Of a stretch of 64,000 nucleotides of DNA, positions 1-8,566 are shown piece after piece (positions within the stretch are counted from its first letter, which is position 1; every line of letters starts with the position of its first letter). Origin of the DNA: a virus; IMG/VR virus record IMGVR_UViG_3300025450_000013, one strand, 5' to 3'. The translations under genes and the position numbers were made by a program. The notes under the pieces were generated by a model that made no database searches, had not been told where the DNA came from, and saw nothing but the letters and a program-made list of their open reading frames with translations.

Positions 1-187
1 CGTGAAGGAATACGGCATGTTCGTTCTTACAGAAACGAGCCTGTAAAGGATGGGATTTTCTATGATTAAATCCTACGGACACTATTTTGTTTCCACGCAC
101 TATTGCCGCGGCAAACTTGATGTTGGAATCATCATTTGCCTCGGCAATCTTACAGAGAGTATCCAGTATGTCCTTTTTCACTTTCAT
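1..187 (-). CDS. CMP/dCMP-type zinc deaminase, truncated by window edge (not in ORF track)
   Basis: Manual translation from ATG at 187: MKVKKDILDTLCKIAEANDDSNIKFAAAIVRGNKIVSVGFNHRKSHPLQARFCKNEHAVFLH; the AAIV..G.N pattern leading into the H(AE) motif is typical of deaminases. Confidence 0.7.
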   Translation of the reverse strand, partial: MKVKKDILDTLCKIAEANDDSNIKFAAAIVRGNKIVSVGFNHRKSHPLQARFCKNEHAVFLH

Positions 188-192
188 GGTGT

Positions 193-221
193 ATTATAGC
201 ACAAGTGAATAAGGAAATCAA
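193..221 (-). promoter_or_regulatory. sigma70-type promoter, probably giving a leaderless mRNA
   Basis: TTGATT-N17-TATAAT, followed 5 nt later by the ATG at 187. Confidence 0.65.
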
Positions 222-661
222 CCTTTTTTTCCTAAGGTTGCCTTTAACATCCATCGGTGCTTGCGGTGGGTTTCTATACGTCCAGCAACAAAGTTCTGCC
301 AACCCCACATCTTTTGCTCTCCGGATAGTCGGAAACATTCGTCAAGACAGGCCAATACGGTTTCATTGGCATCATATAGATTAGAAAACATCTTTTCTGG
401 TTTAGGAATCTGTGGATCTTCTTTGATCTCGGACAGTTCTACCATACGAGCAAGAGAACCAGGAGCAAAGTTATCCATAGAACGGATTTGTTCAGCAATG
501 TCATCGACGGAATCGTGTAGTTCTTCATAGAGGTCATTTAGAAATTTGTGATATTGTGGAAAGTCGGAACCGATATAGTTCCAGTGGTATGCATGTGACT
601 TCATATACATCACAAACACATTACCTAATAATACTTTTGCCTTTTCTACTACTTCTTCCAT
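218..661 (-). CDS. dps: Dps/ferritin-like DNA-protection protein
   Basis: HAYHWN..G..F...H..L..LYEE...D.IAEQIR and C-terminal KHRWML motifs. Confidence 0.9.
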   Translation of the reverse strand: MEEVVEKAKVLLGNVFVMYMKSHAYHWNYIGSDFPQYHKFLNDLYEELHDSVDDIAEQIRSMDNFAPGSLARMVELSEIKEDPQIPKPEKMFSNLYDANETVLACLDECFRLSGEQKMWGWQNFVAGRIETHRKHRWMLKATLGKKG

Positions 662-662
662 T

Positions 663-1157
663 CTAGGTCTCTTTTACGTTGGTTGTTGTATTTGCTACCA
701 CCGTATTTATAACATTGTCGGGAATGGGCACTCCATCAGGCCAGCAATAAGAGTAGATAACTGAACGAGGAAATCTTGCTATTGATACTTGGTCATTCTG
801 GTTTCCACCTAAACCATAGACATACTTAGCATCAAATGAGACGACAAAGAATACGTGGCCTCCACCGTTTCGTTTCTTGGTAGCAATACAACCAACCATT
901 GGTTTGGTTAGTTTCTGGCCATACTTGGCATAACTTAATGCCAATAAGGAACCTGTGTTTGGAAGTCCTGCTTCCTCTAATACTGCTCCCACAAATGCGG
1001 CACACCAAGGTGTTGTATGGTCGTTCTTGATTTCTGGATGGCCTGCCTCAGCAAAGAACTTTACCACTTTAGGATTGGCCTTTAAGGTAGTGCCTTCGTG
1101 CAATCCAACATATTTACTTGCTATCTTCATCCATGGTAGGTCTGTTATGTTCTTCAT
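663..1157 (-). CDS. TIGR02594-like NlpC/P60 (CHAP-like) cell-wall peptidase
   Basis: PWM..A...G..E start, TPWCAAFVG catalytic Cys, GGGHV catalytic His, LGGNQ motif. Confidence 0.85.
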   Translation of the reverse strand: MKNITDLPWMKIASKYVGLHEGTTLKANPKVVKFFAEAGHPEIKNDHTTPWCAAFVGAVLEEAGLPNTGSLLALSYAKYGQKLTKPMVGCIATKKRNGGGHVFFVVSFDAKYVYGLGGNQNDQVSIARFPRSVIYSYCWPDGVPIPDNVINTVVANTTTNVKET

Positions 1158-1338
1158 GTTTTCCCCATTTACCTAACGGACATTTAGAGTCCATAAAAAG
1201 AGTTTTACCTTTCATAAAGCACCAACATACCTTACACTGGTACAAAGTTGTATCCAGTTCTGAGCACTCTTCACAAATCTTTATTCTTTCTGCGGCCACT
1301 TTACGGCGTTTAGCACTAATAGTATTTAGTTCCAGCAT
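1114..1338 (-). CDS. small Cys-rich putative metal-binding protein
   Basis: R..IC..C, C..C.CFM..K, CPLGKW pattern. Confidence 0.6.
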   Translation of the reverse strand: MLELNTISAKRRKVAAERIKICEECSELDTTLYQCKVCWCFMKGKTLFMDSKCPLGKWGKHEEHNRPTMDEDSK

Positions 1339-1916
1339 TAGTAGAAATCTACGATGTGGTCGGCAAGTCCATACTTAACCGCCTCTTTAGCAGTCAACCA
1401 GACATCCTCTGGTGGTAGCAAATACTTCTTGATAACAGCCTCTGTCTGACCGGTACACTTCTTGTAATGTTCTAATAGTCGTTGGCTGGAGTTATTAAAC
1501 TCAACAACTGACGCTAATAGTTCATGTTCTTTACCAAATGAACCCCAAGAGAACTGGTGTGAAAGAATGGAGGTATTGCGAGTAACGTAGCGATGACCTT
1601 TCTCACCTGCTATAAAGGTCAATAACCCACAAGAGGCAACCTCACCAAGCCCATAGGTGTAAATAGGCACCTTAGAACCTTTCATAATATCAATCAAAGC
1701 AAATGCTGATGATACCTCACCACCTGGAGAGTTTATAATCATCTTTATTTGTTTTGGTTTCTTTTTCATAAGATTGCGAGCCATAATAAATCGCACGGCC
1801 TCGGTAGATGAAGAGTTATCAAACTCTGAGGTGAAGAAATAATAATGTAGTTCTTCTAAATCGGGAATGTTAGATACTTCTTTTTCTTTATTGTCTAAAG
1901 GCATAGCAAATTCCAT
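1338..1916 (-). CDS. clpP: ClpP-like ATP-dependent protease proteolytic subunit
   Basis: INSPGG, G.VAS(C)G catalytic Ser, HQ, D.WLTA.EAV.YGLAD.I. Confidence 0.9.
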   Translation of the reverse strand: MEFAMPLDNKEKEVSNIPDLEELHYYFFTSEFDNSSSTEAVRFIMARNLMKKKPKQIKMIINSPGGEVSSAFALIDIMKGSKVPIYTYGLGEVASCGLLTFIAGEKGHRYVTRNTSILSHQFSWGSFGKEHELLASVVEFNNSSQRLLEHYKKCTGQTEAVIKKYLLPPEDVWLTAKEAVKYGLADHIVDFY

Positions 1917-1926
1917 TCTATTAAGA

Positions 1927-1951
1927 GAAAGGCGGGAATTTCTCCCCGCCC
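1927..1951 (-). terminator. hairpin terminator after the 1959-2483 gene
   Basis: GGCGGG..CCCGCC stem followed by TTTCTCTT on the minus strand. Confidence 0.5.
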
Positions 1952-1958
1952 CTATTTA

Positions 1959-2483
1959 TTATCGCTGAATATGTATATGGTTGTAGTGACCAGGAACCCG
2001 CCATAGGACGGTGTAACCAGCCGCTCTAGCATCGGCGGCCAGCTGGTCAAACTTATGAGCATATCCAGATCGTGCTTCTACAACGCCGCGCCCCACGTTT
2101 ACGTCAATAGCCCGGCCAGCGTAATGGGCCCACCCGTGATGGACACGATGGACTCCACCAAATGCGGGATGTTCCGAAACACGGAACCCCTGTCGCTGTA
2201 GTTGGTGCCCGTATTCCACCAAGGATGTAGAAGCTGCGGCGAAACCCCAGTTTTCTTCCTGCTCCTCGTGGAACTGACGGACCTGTCTCTTGTTCTTATA
2301 ACGTGGTTGAGGTGAGACACTCCAATTTTCTCCACCAAATACACTGGCGAGTGGATCGGATTCCTCTTGCACGGATTGGTCTGAATATTGACTATGTTTG
2401 CCGTAGTGGACTCTGGCTTCTGCCATGCCGCATATCGCAAACATAACAGATGCCGCCAAAGCGGCTAGAATAATCTTCTTCAT
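1959..2483 (-). CDS. secreted LAS-type (peptidase M15-like) zinc cell-wall peptidase
   Basis: Signal peptide MKKIILAALAASV..AEA; C-terminal H-x6-D (HYAGRAID) and HxH (HIH) Zn-ligand pattern. Confidence 0.65.
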   Translation of the reverse strand: MKKIILAALAASVMFAICGMAEARVHYGKHSQYSDQSVQEESDPLASVFGGENWSVSPQPRYKNKRQVRQFHEEQEENWGFAAASTSLVEYGHQLQRQGFRVSEHPAFGGVHRVHHGWAHYAGRAIDVNVGRGVVEARSGYAHKFDQLAADARAAGYTVLWRVPGHYNHIHIQR

Positions 2484-2670
2484 ATAGTTACCTTTCTGTT
2501 ATGCATAACCACGCACAAGTCTCCACACAGGGTCAATATAAGTTAGAATGTGAGGAGATTGTTGCCAGAGATGGCTGCGAAGTTATGGGTTAAGTGCCAC
2601 CGGCCAGTACCTTCGTGGTCAGGTGGCTTACACAAGTCGCAAATCGCAAACCTGTGTAATATCTATTTAG
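2484..2670 (-). promoter_or_regulatory. late promoter plus long structured 5' leader
   Basis: CTAAATA at 2664-2670, followed by three stem-loops in ~175 nt of non-coding sequence before the AGAAAGG SD. Confidence 0.55.
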
Positions 2671-2674
2671 GCAC

Positions 2675-3031
2675 CTAGATACCTTTTTCTTTATTTAATT
2701 GTGCCTCAAATACTTTATAGAGTCCGGTAACGGTATCGGAGTTATAAACAACATCACTCATCATAGCAATAAGGCAAGTCATCTCACTCTTAGGTGGATT
2801 GGTTGTGATGGCAATAGAAGTACCTGAAATCCAAATGGTCTCAACCACACCTTCCTTGTTAGTCATGTTAAGTAAAGAGAAAAACTTGGAATCTTCCATT
2901 AACTTTAGAACACTTTCTCTCTTGTCACAGATAGGTAGTTCTTCTTTTTTAGGTGTGGTCTTGGCCTGCGCTGAAAAAGAGGCAAGGATGACAGCAAGCA
3001 TGATTAACTTTTTCATTTTATTCCTCATCAT
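2675..3031 (-). CDS. hypothetical secreted protein
   Basis: Signal peptide MKKLIMLAVILASFSAQA. Confidence 0.6.
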   Translation of the reverse strand: MMRNKMKKLIMLAVILASFSAQAKTTPKKEELPICDKRESVLKLMEDSKFFSLLNMTNKEGVVETIWISGTSIAITTNPPKSEMTCLIAMMSDVVYNSDTVTGLYKVFEAQLNKEKGI

Positions 3032-3302
3032 ATTTTATGTGAATACGGTTACTATAACTTACCAATGGTAGATTAGAACGACCAGTGGCATGTTTATATA
3101 GCGTTTTTTTGATAGGTTCAGTTAGCAACCCAGCAAATCCATCAGGTATAAGAATACCTTCCGAAACTTTACAATCATCAAGATTGAATGTTTTGATATA
3201 TTCTCTTTTAGCTGAATCCTCATCTTTAGCATCTATAATCATAAGAGCCTGTAAATGGCCCTCTTTATTCTGTTTATCAGTTGTTATTGTATAGTAGCAC
3301 AT
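3018..3302 (-). CDS. hypothetical protein
   Basis: ORF tightly packed in the minus-strand operon. Confidence 0.5.
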   Translation of the reverse strand: MCYYTITTDKQNKEGHLQALMIIDAKDEDSAKREYIKTFNLDDCKVSEGILIPDGFAGLLTEPIKKTLYKHATGRSNLPLVSYSNRIHIKYDEE

Positions 3303-3305
3303 TTT

Positions 3306-3854
3306 TTACCTCTCAGTATTTGCCACGGATACATTTAAATCAAGTTCTGTTATAAACATTGTTAGTGTTAGCCTAGAGTTTTCATCTTTTCCAAACCCCG
3401 ATACAGGTGAATGGAGTATATGTGAATTAAATAGAGCAAGCCTATTATACTTATTCTCTATTATTATTTCTTTTCCATCTTTGAACAGTACCGTTCCAGA
3501 TAATTTTTTAGGATCTTTATTGAGATAAACAACACCAGAGTATATATGAGGATCATCCGTATGGTGTGCTTCATCATCAATAACCAAATCACCACTAATT
3601 TTATGGAAATATAGGTTACTTATCCATGAATATTTGTATGCTAGAGAACCTCCTCGGAACAGTTTATCAAAAATACTATTCATTAGTATTGTGGACTTAT
3701 TTTTATCTATATCAAACAAATCCAAAGTCCTTTCTCCAGTCCAAATTGTTCCAGATACAGGACTTTGTTTATAGTATTTTAATTCCCGAGAATATTCAAC
3801 CAATTCATCAGGATTTTCAAGAACATCGTCTATGATAACTATGTCCTTTAGCAT
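3306..3854 (-). CDS. Fe(II)/2OG oxygenase (DUF6445-like)
   Basis: IIDD..ENP start, G.RT, HxD (HTD), SGVVYL, YNRL.LF....H, R.T. Confidence 0.75.
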   Translation of the reverse strand: MLKDIVIIDDVLENPDELVEYSRELKYYKQSPVSGTIWTGERTLDLFDIDKNKSTILMNSIFDKLFRGGSLAYKYSWISNLYFHKISGDLVIDDEAHHTDDPHIYSGVVYLNKDPKKLSGTVLFKDGKEIIIENKYNRLALFNSHILHSPVSGFGKDENSRLTLTMFITELDLNVSVANTER

Positions 3855-3857
3855 ATT

Positions 3858-4202
3858 TTACCATCCAAAATCATCTTCCTCATATACACGGGCACCAGGG
3901 CTATTCTTAATGATGATATTCTTACGGACTTTCTGTTGTGCAGGAGCATATCCATAAGCAGGTGCATAACCGTATACCGGAGCATACCCATAACCATAAG
4001 GAGAAGCGAGTGCACCACCAATGATACCACCTACAAGCCCAGCACCGAGCATAGCAGCACCATAACCACCATAACCCCATCCACCGTATCCGTATCCACC
4101 CCAACCACCATAACCATAACCCCAAGCATTTGCAGGAGCAGAGGAAGCGAAACTAATTCCGATAGCAGCAACGATAGCAATAACTGTCTTTTTCATTTCC
4201 AT
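3858..4202 (-). CDS. Gly/Tyr/Trp-rich secreted protein
   Basis: Signal peptide ending APANA, GWGYGGYG repeats, hydrophobic Gly-zipper, YGYAP repeats. Confidence 0.7.
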   Translation of the reverse strand: MEMKKTVIAIVAAIGISFASSAPANAWGYGYGGWGGYGYGGWGYGGYGAAMLGAGLVGGIIGGALASPYGYGYAPVYGYAPAYGYAPAQQKVRKNIIIKNSPGARVYEEDDFGW

Positions 4203-4224
4203 AACCTTTCATTAGTTATATTAT

Positions 4225-4253
4225 ATCCTATCATAAGGAATAAACCTTGTCAA
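4225..4253 (-). promoter_or_regulatory. sigma70-type promoter
   Basis: TTGACA-N17-TAGGAT with an adjacent TATAAT, upstream of the 3858-4202 gene. Confidence 0.55.
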
Positions 4254-5156
4254 CTAGTTTATGAAATCCTTGAATGATTTCCTACTTTCACGGATTACCG
4301 TTTTACATTCTTTTCCGTTGTCAATAACGTTTATATGGGAAAAGTGACGAATCCTTCCGTCATATATTTTTTCAATTGGTTTATTATCTAGCATCTTTAT
4401 ATGAAGTTTTTGATGGGAAACTTTGAGATGCATTTTGGTTTGTATAGGCCGTATAATTGCTATGTCTTCAGATGGAACTAATGCCCACTGGAAAATGGTT
4501 CTCATTTGTCTTGGTTTGTTTTCAACACGGAAAGGGTTCATCTGTAAATCATCCACTTGCCACTCGGCAAGAGCATCTAACATTTCTTCTGGTGAATTGG
4601 CCTTGACCATAACCTTTTCGGTTAATCTCTTTCTCGTCTCACTGGACTTTCTCCACATATCTTGCTTCTCATCAATACCATACTGGAATCCGGCCCAAGG
4701 TAGACGGACACCATGATTGGTTCTGACAACGATTTCTGTGGTAGGTATGATACGAACAATGGACTTGTATTCACCGGTACCATCATTCTCTCTGGCAGCC
4801 TCAATCAATACTAATTTTTTGGGAGTTGAAACAAAGATGAAACCAGTCATCTTTTGATCTATTAGGTATTTAACAGCATCCATTTGTTCCATATGGAGTG
4901 CTTTGTAGATATCATCACCGTCTTTTTTATTTGTTTCTTGATTAAGGACCGGAGTTAAACTAGTTGTCATTATAACCAAACCATCGTGGTTCATACCTTC
5001 TTGGTATGAGATGTCATGGTCAAACATAACTAGGATTTCTCCGACCTTAGTTTTCTGCTCGTCGCGGAATGATACGTGGGAGACATAATCTTGATCTCTA
5101 TTCTTGGCTAAAACCCAACCTGTATCTTTAAAATATTTTGCGGCGATGATACACAT
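4254..5156 (-). CDS. N-terminal-nucleophile (Ntn) hydrolase-like protein
   Basis: N-terminal M-C, then KNRD, EGMN..GL and RTNHG motifs; CTAAATA late promoter at 5185-5191. Confidence 0.65.
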   Translation of the reverse strand: MCIIAAKYFKDTGWVLAKNRDQDYVSHVSFRDEQKTKVGEILVMFDHDISYQEGMNHDGLVIMTTSLTPVLNQETNKKDGDDIYKALHMEQMDAVKYLIDQKMTGFIFVSTPKKLVLIEAARENDGTGEYKSIVRIIPTTEIVVRTNHGVRLPWAGFQYGIDEKQDMWRKSSETRKRLTEKVMVKANSPEEMLDALAEWQVDDLQMNPFRVENKPRQMRTIFQWALVPSEDIAIIRPIQTKMHLKVSHQKLHIKMLDNKPIEKIYDGRIRHFSHINVIDNGKECKTVIRESRKSFKDFIN

Positions 5157-5183
5157 TTTAACCCTAGAGATTGAGATTATATC

Positions 5184-5426
5184 TTATTTAGTATCCTCTT
5201 TATTAGGTACTACCGCGTATCCAGGATAGTAGAAGTTTGAGGTGTGGTGATTGGATGCCACATGGGCACCACGGAGTCCACCCTTTAGTTCTGTACCACC
5301 GAATATGGATGCCGCAGAAGCATATCCGTAATTTTGATATGTGTCTTTGTTATATTCGCCAGCATCGGCAGCGACGGCCTGGTTGGCGAAATAGAATAGT
5401 GCGATAAGAGAAATAACCTTATTCAT
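5184..5426 (-). CDS. small hypothetical secreted protein
   Basis: Signal peptide MNKVISLIALFYFANQAVA; strong AGGAAAGG SD. Confidence 0.6.
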   Translation of the reverse strand: MNKVISLIALFYFANQAVAADAGEYNKDTYQNYGYASAASIFGGTELKGGLRGAHVASNHHTSNFYYPGYAVVPNKEDTK

Positions 5427-5464
5427 TTCTTTTCCTTTCCTAGTTTCCTAAAGTTAGCGAAACA

Positions 5465-5481
5465 ATGCTGCAATGCAACAT
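5465..5481. promoter_or_regulatory. PhaR(AniA)-like operator
   Basis: Imperfect palindrome ATGCTGCAATGCAACAT in an intergenic region; minus strand reads TGCATTGCAGCA. Confidence 0.45.
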
Positions 5482-5511
5482 ACACTAGTATATAGGCACC
5501 AGGAAGGTTTG

Positions 5512-6168
5512 TCAAGTGATTTTTATCCATTCCCTTTCCTGGAAAGGTTCTGTCATCAATGTATGACTAGGAAAACTAACCGATAACCTTTTAGTTAAGG
5601 ACTTGACTTCATGGTAATAATGAGCAGGAGCATAGCAAATATCACCTGGTTCCATTACTATTTCAAACATAGGTTTCTCATCAATGTGTTTAATATTTTT
5701 CTTTTCTTCATCATAACACATAACATTCCACATTTTAACTCTAGATTTACCTTCAACTTGAACTATTAAATTATGAGCCTTATCATAATGTATTCCAAAT
5801 CCTACATTTTGTTGGTCGGTCAAATCAAAGTATATATGAGCATCTGTAGGTAAATTTGTTATTGATTCCAATTCACCACATATGGTATTGATTGTTTCAT
5901 TCACCCTTGAAGAGTCCATAATGTGACAAAGATATTTTTTAGTTATCTTTTTTATAATAGATGGAGGAAAGCAATTGATATTAGTCACCCAGGCCTGGTG
6001 AGGCCATTCATACTTCTCATTTAAAAAAGCCTTAAATCTTTTCTGAGTATTGGAAGGCCTAAAGTTAAGTAAGTTCTCCAAATCTTTCCATGAGAATATA
6101 CCATGTAAGGCATTTCTTTCATAGAATGGTTGTAGTAGTTTTATTCTATCTTGTAACAACTCTAACAT
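5512..6168 (-). CDS. JmjC/cupin-like Fe(II)/2OG hydroxylase
   Basis: GFGIHYD..HNLIVQVEG, MEPGDICY.P..Y.H, RLSVS. Confidence 0.8.
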   Translation of the reverse strand: MLELLQDRIKLLQPFYERNALHGIFSWKDLENLLNFRPSNTQKRFKAFLNEKYEWPHQAWVTNINCFPPSIIKKITKKYLCHIMDSSRVNETINTICGELESITNLPTDAHIYFDLTDQQNVGFGIHYDKAHNLIVQVEGKSRVKMWNVMCYDEEKKNIKHIDEKPMFEIVMEPGDICYAPAHYYHEVKSLTKRLSVSFPSHTLMTEPFQEREWIKIT

Positions 6169-6170
6169 TA

Positions 6171-6905
6171 TTAATAACCTGTTGGCGTTTTAGAGTTTTT
6201 AACCCTTAGCAATTTGAAATTGGTATAACCTAAAGATAGATATTTTTCAAAATCAAAACTTACCATAGATGTCTGTTTAAATCCATTCTGTTGTGAACAT
6301 TGATAAGAATATGTATCTCCTCGATTATTCTTAGAATGTGTCTTATAACATATTCTAGCCGGGCATTTATAAGCACAACCCATATTAAGAAACAATCTAA
6401 TTCTATCTTTACATTCTATAGATTGCAATAACTCATAGTTGGTATTAAAAGCCTCGGGTAGAGGAACTATGGTGTCATATATCTCTAATCTTTTATAAAG
6501 TTTATCCAGAGTATCTGTTTCTTTAATTACAGATGCTTCAATTTTATATAGTGGATAATCTTTTCGTATTCTTTTAGCCAATGCATCTTTGGTTACAATA
6601 ACCGAATTGCCTATACGATGGTGCTTATCTAGAAATGATTTGGATTGTTCATACATCTCTTCGGAGAAGAAATAAGAGGTTAATGGTATTCTGTAACCTA
6701 TATTATTAGAATACATCCAGATAAGGTCTTCATCAGTCAATTCTTTACCTGTATCTGCATAACTTCTACCACCATATAATACACATGGGTCATTGAATCC
6801 AAACAAAGACTCTATGATAGATAGTTCAACAGTTCCAAAATTATCGGATAAAAAGTTCTGAATAGCACCTTTTTTAAATCGTGCTGAGATAGTAAGGTTA
6901 ATCAT
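6171..6905 (-). CDS. peptidase U32-like Fe-S protein
   Basis: IEASVIK, LFLNMGC.Y.CP.R.C, a later Cys and a GY.NFKL terminal motif resemble U32 TIM-barrel proteins. Confidence 0.5.
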   Translation of the reverse strand: MINLTISARFKKGAIQNFLSDNFGTVELSIIESLFGFNDPCVLYGGRSYADTGKELTDEDLIWMYSNNIGYRIPLTSYFFSEEMYEQSKSFLDKHHRIGNSVIVTKDALAKRIRKDYPLYKIEASVIKETDTLDKLYKRLEIYDTIVPLPEAFNTNYELLQSIECKDRIRLFLNMGCAYKCPARICYKTHSKNNRGDTYSYQCSQQNGFKQTSMVSFDFEKYLSLGYTNFKLLRVKNSKTPTGY

Positions 6906-7333
6906 TTATCAATTCTACATATCAATTCTTTAATAACATCATCATATTGATCATACTCAGTTATCCTATAATCATACCTTGAAGGTTGTTCAAAGATTTT
7001 GTTAGTATCTTCAAACCTACTTTCTTTTATGGTATCCATCCATACAGTTATGTCCGCATTAAATGACTGTCTAGTTTCTTCGGTCGGGCATACAAAATCA
7101 CAAACACAATGATATCCCAGATTTGTTATACTCATATCCGCCATCATGCACATACGCTGAGCTTGTCTTAACCTACCTTTATCTGAAAAATCCCAGTCAC
7201 TAAAATACTCTCTTAAAGCATCACCATTAAATGCATCTATATGAAAAGAGCAGGTAGCAACCAACTTTTTCGTAAAGGTTGTCTTACCGGAACCAGGCAG
7301 ACCCATCACTAAGATTTTAATTTTTCCAGACAT
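6902..7333 (-). CDS. adenylyl-sulfate (APS) kinase-like P-loop protein
   Basis: GLPGSGKTT, N.D..R, DFS..GR.RQA.R, DFVCP, FE.P; a short CysC-like form. Confidence 0.75.
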   Translation of the reverse strand: MSGKIKILVMGLPGSGKTTFTKKLVATCSFHIDAFNGDALREYFSDWDFSDKGRLRQAQRMCMMADMSITNLGYHCVCDFVCPTEETRQSFNADITVWMDTIKESRFEDTNKIFEQPSRYDYRITEYDQYDDVIKELICRIDK

Positions 7334-8084
7334 TCATATCACCGAATTTATTAAATATTTCTGGTGGTATAACAGTTTTTCTTTCTATATATTCAACTTT
7401 ACTTCTAACATTATGCATATCTGGCATACGCATCAATCTATCAAATTGGTCATAATCTGATGTTACATTATTATAATCATGTTCATAATACGGTTGTTCA
7501 ATATAATTATATACATTTCTCATGACCACTTCAGGCCTAATAACAAGATCATCATAATGTATGGAGAGGAAATTATGTTCTCCCGACCAGAACATATCTC
7601 TCACACCGTAATATACTGGGTTAATCAAACTTTCCATATATACTTCGCATCTAGTGAATACATTATTCATCTTAAAATTTTCTTTAAAGTATATTGGTAT
7701 ATGGTATGGATTTTTTCTATACAATCTTTCAAATGAATCCAGTATCCATCCAATATCTCTTACCAAAACAATCAATTTAAGATCAGGATATAATCTTTTT
7801 AAAATGTGTATCTTATTACACCAAGACCTGTTGTGGTTGAAATATAAGGTTTTATCTGGTGCATCATGGAAAGTTTCTGCAATATTTCTTAGAATATTAT
7901 CAATTTGTTCATTACTTTTATTAGAGTAAGAACCAACATTATTAAGTGAACTCAATACACCATCAAATATTCCATTGAGAGGGTTGGAAATCATTGCATC
8001 AAATTTTGGATTTTGATTTAGTATAGATGTAAAAAGTGTGCTTCCGGACCTTGGGAGTCCGGAAGTAAATACTATATTTTTCAA
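7317..8084 (-). CDS. PAPS-dependent sulfotransferase
   Basis: SGLPRSGSTL 5'-PSB loop, ILNQNP, LVRD...I..S 3'-PB motif, YDDLV..P. Confidence 0.85.
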   Translation of the reverse strand: MKNIVFTSGLPRSGSTLFTSILNQNPKFDAMISNPLNGIFDGVLSSLNNVGSYSNKSNEQIDNILRNIAETFHDAPDKTLYFNHNRSWCNKIHILKRLYPDLKLIVLVRDIGWILDSFERLYRKNPYHIPIYFKENFKMNNVFTRCEVYMESLINPVYYGVRDMFWSGEHNFLSIHYDDLVIRPEVVMRNVYNYIEQPYYEHDYNNVTSDYDQFDRLMRMPDMHNVRSKVEYIERKTVIPPEIFNKFGDMNVWKN

Positions 8085-8551
8085 TTCAATCTCTCGACGG
8101 TTACAGTAGATGTTGAACTCATTCCAATAGAACGAGCAGCACCGTAAGAAAGATCAAGATGCCGACCTCGAACAAAGGGACCTCTATCATTGACAACTAC
8201 GGTAACACATCCGCGATGGCAGACCCGTAGGTGTGTCCCAAACGGCAATGATCTGTGTGCTGCTGTGTGACCGTGAGGGTTGAACACTGCACCGGAAGCC
8301 GTATGGCGGGCCAATCTTTCACCATGCCCGTAGTAAGAAGCAACCATTTTGCTCCCAGAGGAATGCCTGCTGCCATCATCATTGCTATAATCATTATCAA
8401 CGTTGCTTTTAGTTGATCTCGCATGTTTTCCTTTCCTAACTTGGTTCTGAGATGGTTGTGCGCCGAAGAGTCCACCAAAAAAATCTCCTACTGGATCTGC
8501 CATAGCAGGAGTGGTGAATAAAAATGCGGCGATCATTAGATATTTTCTCAT
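8081..8551 (-). CDS. rlpA: RlpA-like (DPBB) lytic transglycosylase, secreted
   Basis: ASYYG, TASG..F, TAAHRSLPFGT, V.VNDRGPF..GR.LDLS..AA; signal peptide. Confidence 0.9.
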   Translation of the reverse strand: MRKYLMIAAFLFTTPAMADPVGDFFGGLFGAQPSQNQVRKGKHARSTKSNVDNDYSNDDGSRHSSGSKMVASYYGHGERLARHTASGAVFNPHGHTAAHRSLPFGTHLRVCHRGCVTVVVNDRGPFVRGRHLDLSYGAARSIGMSSTSTVTVERLN

Positions 8552-8566
8552 ATTATTTTCCTTTTA

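Noticed and set aside
3940-4130. Short repeats resembling an array
   Set aside because: They are coding GYG/YAP repeats with no repeat-spacer structure; no CRISPR array was seen in the window.
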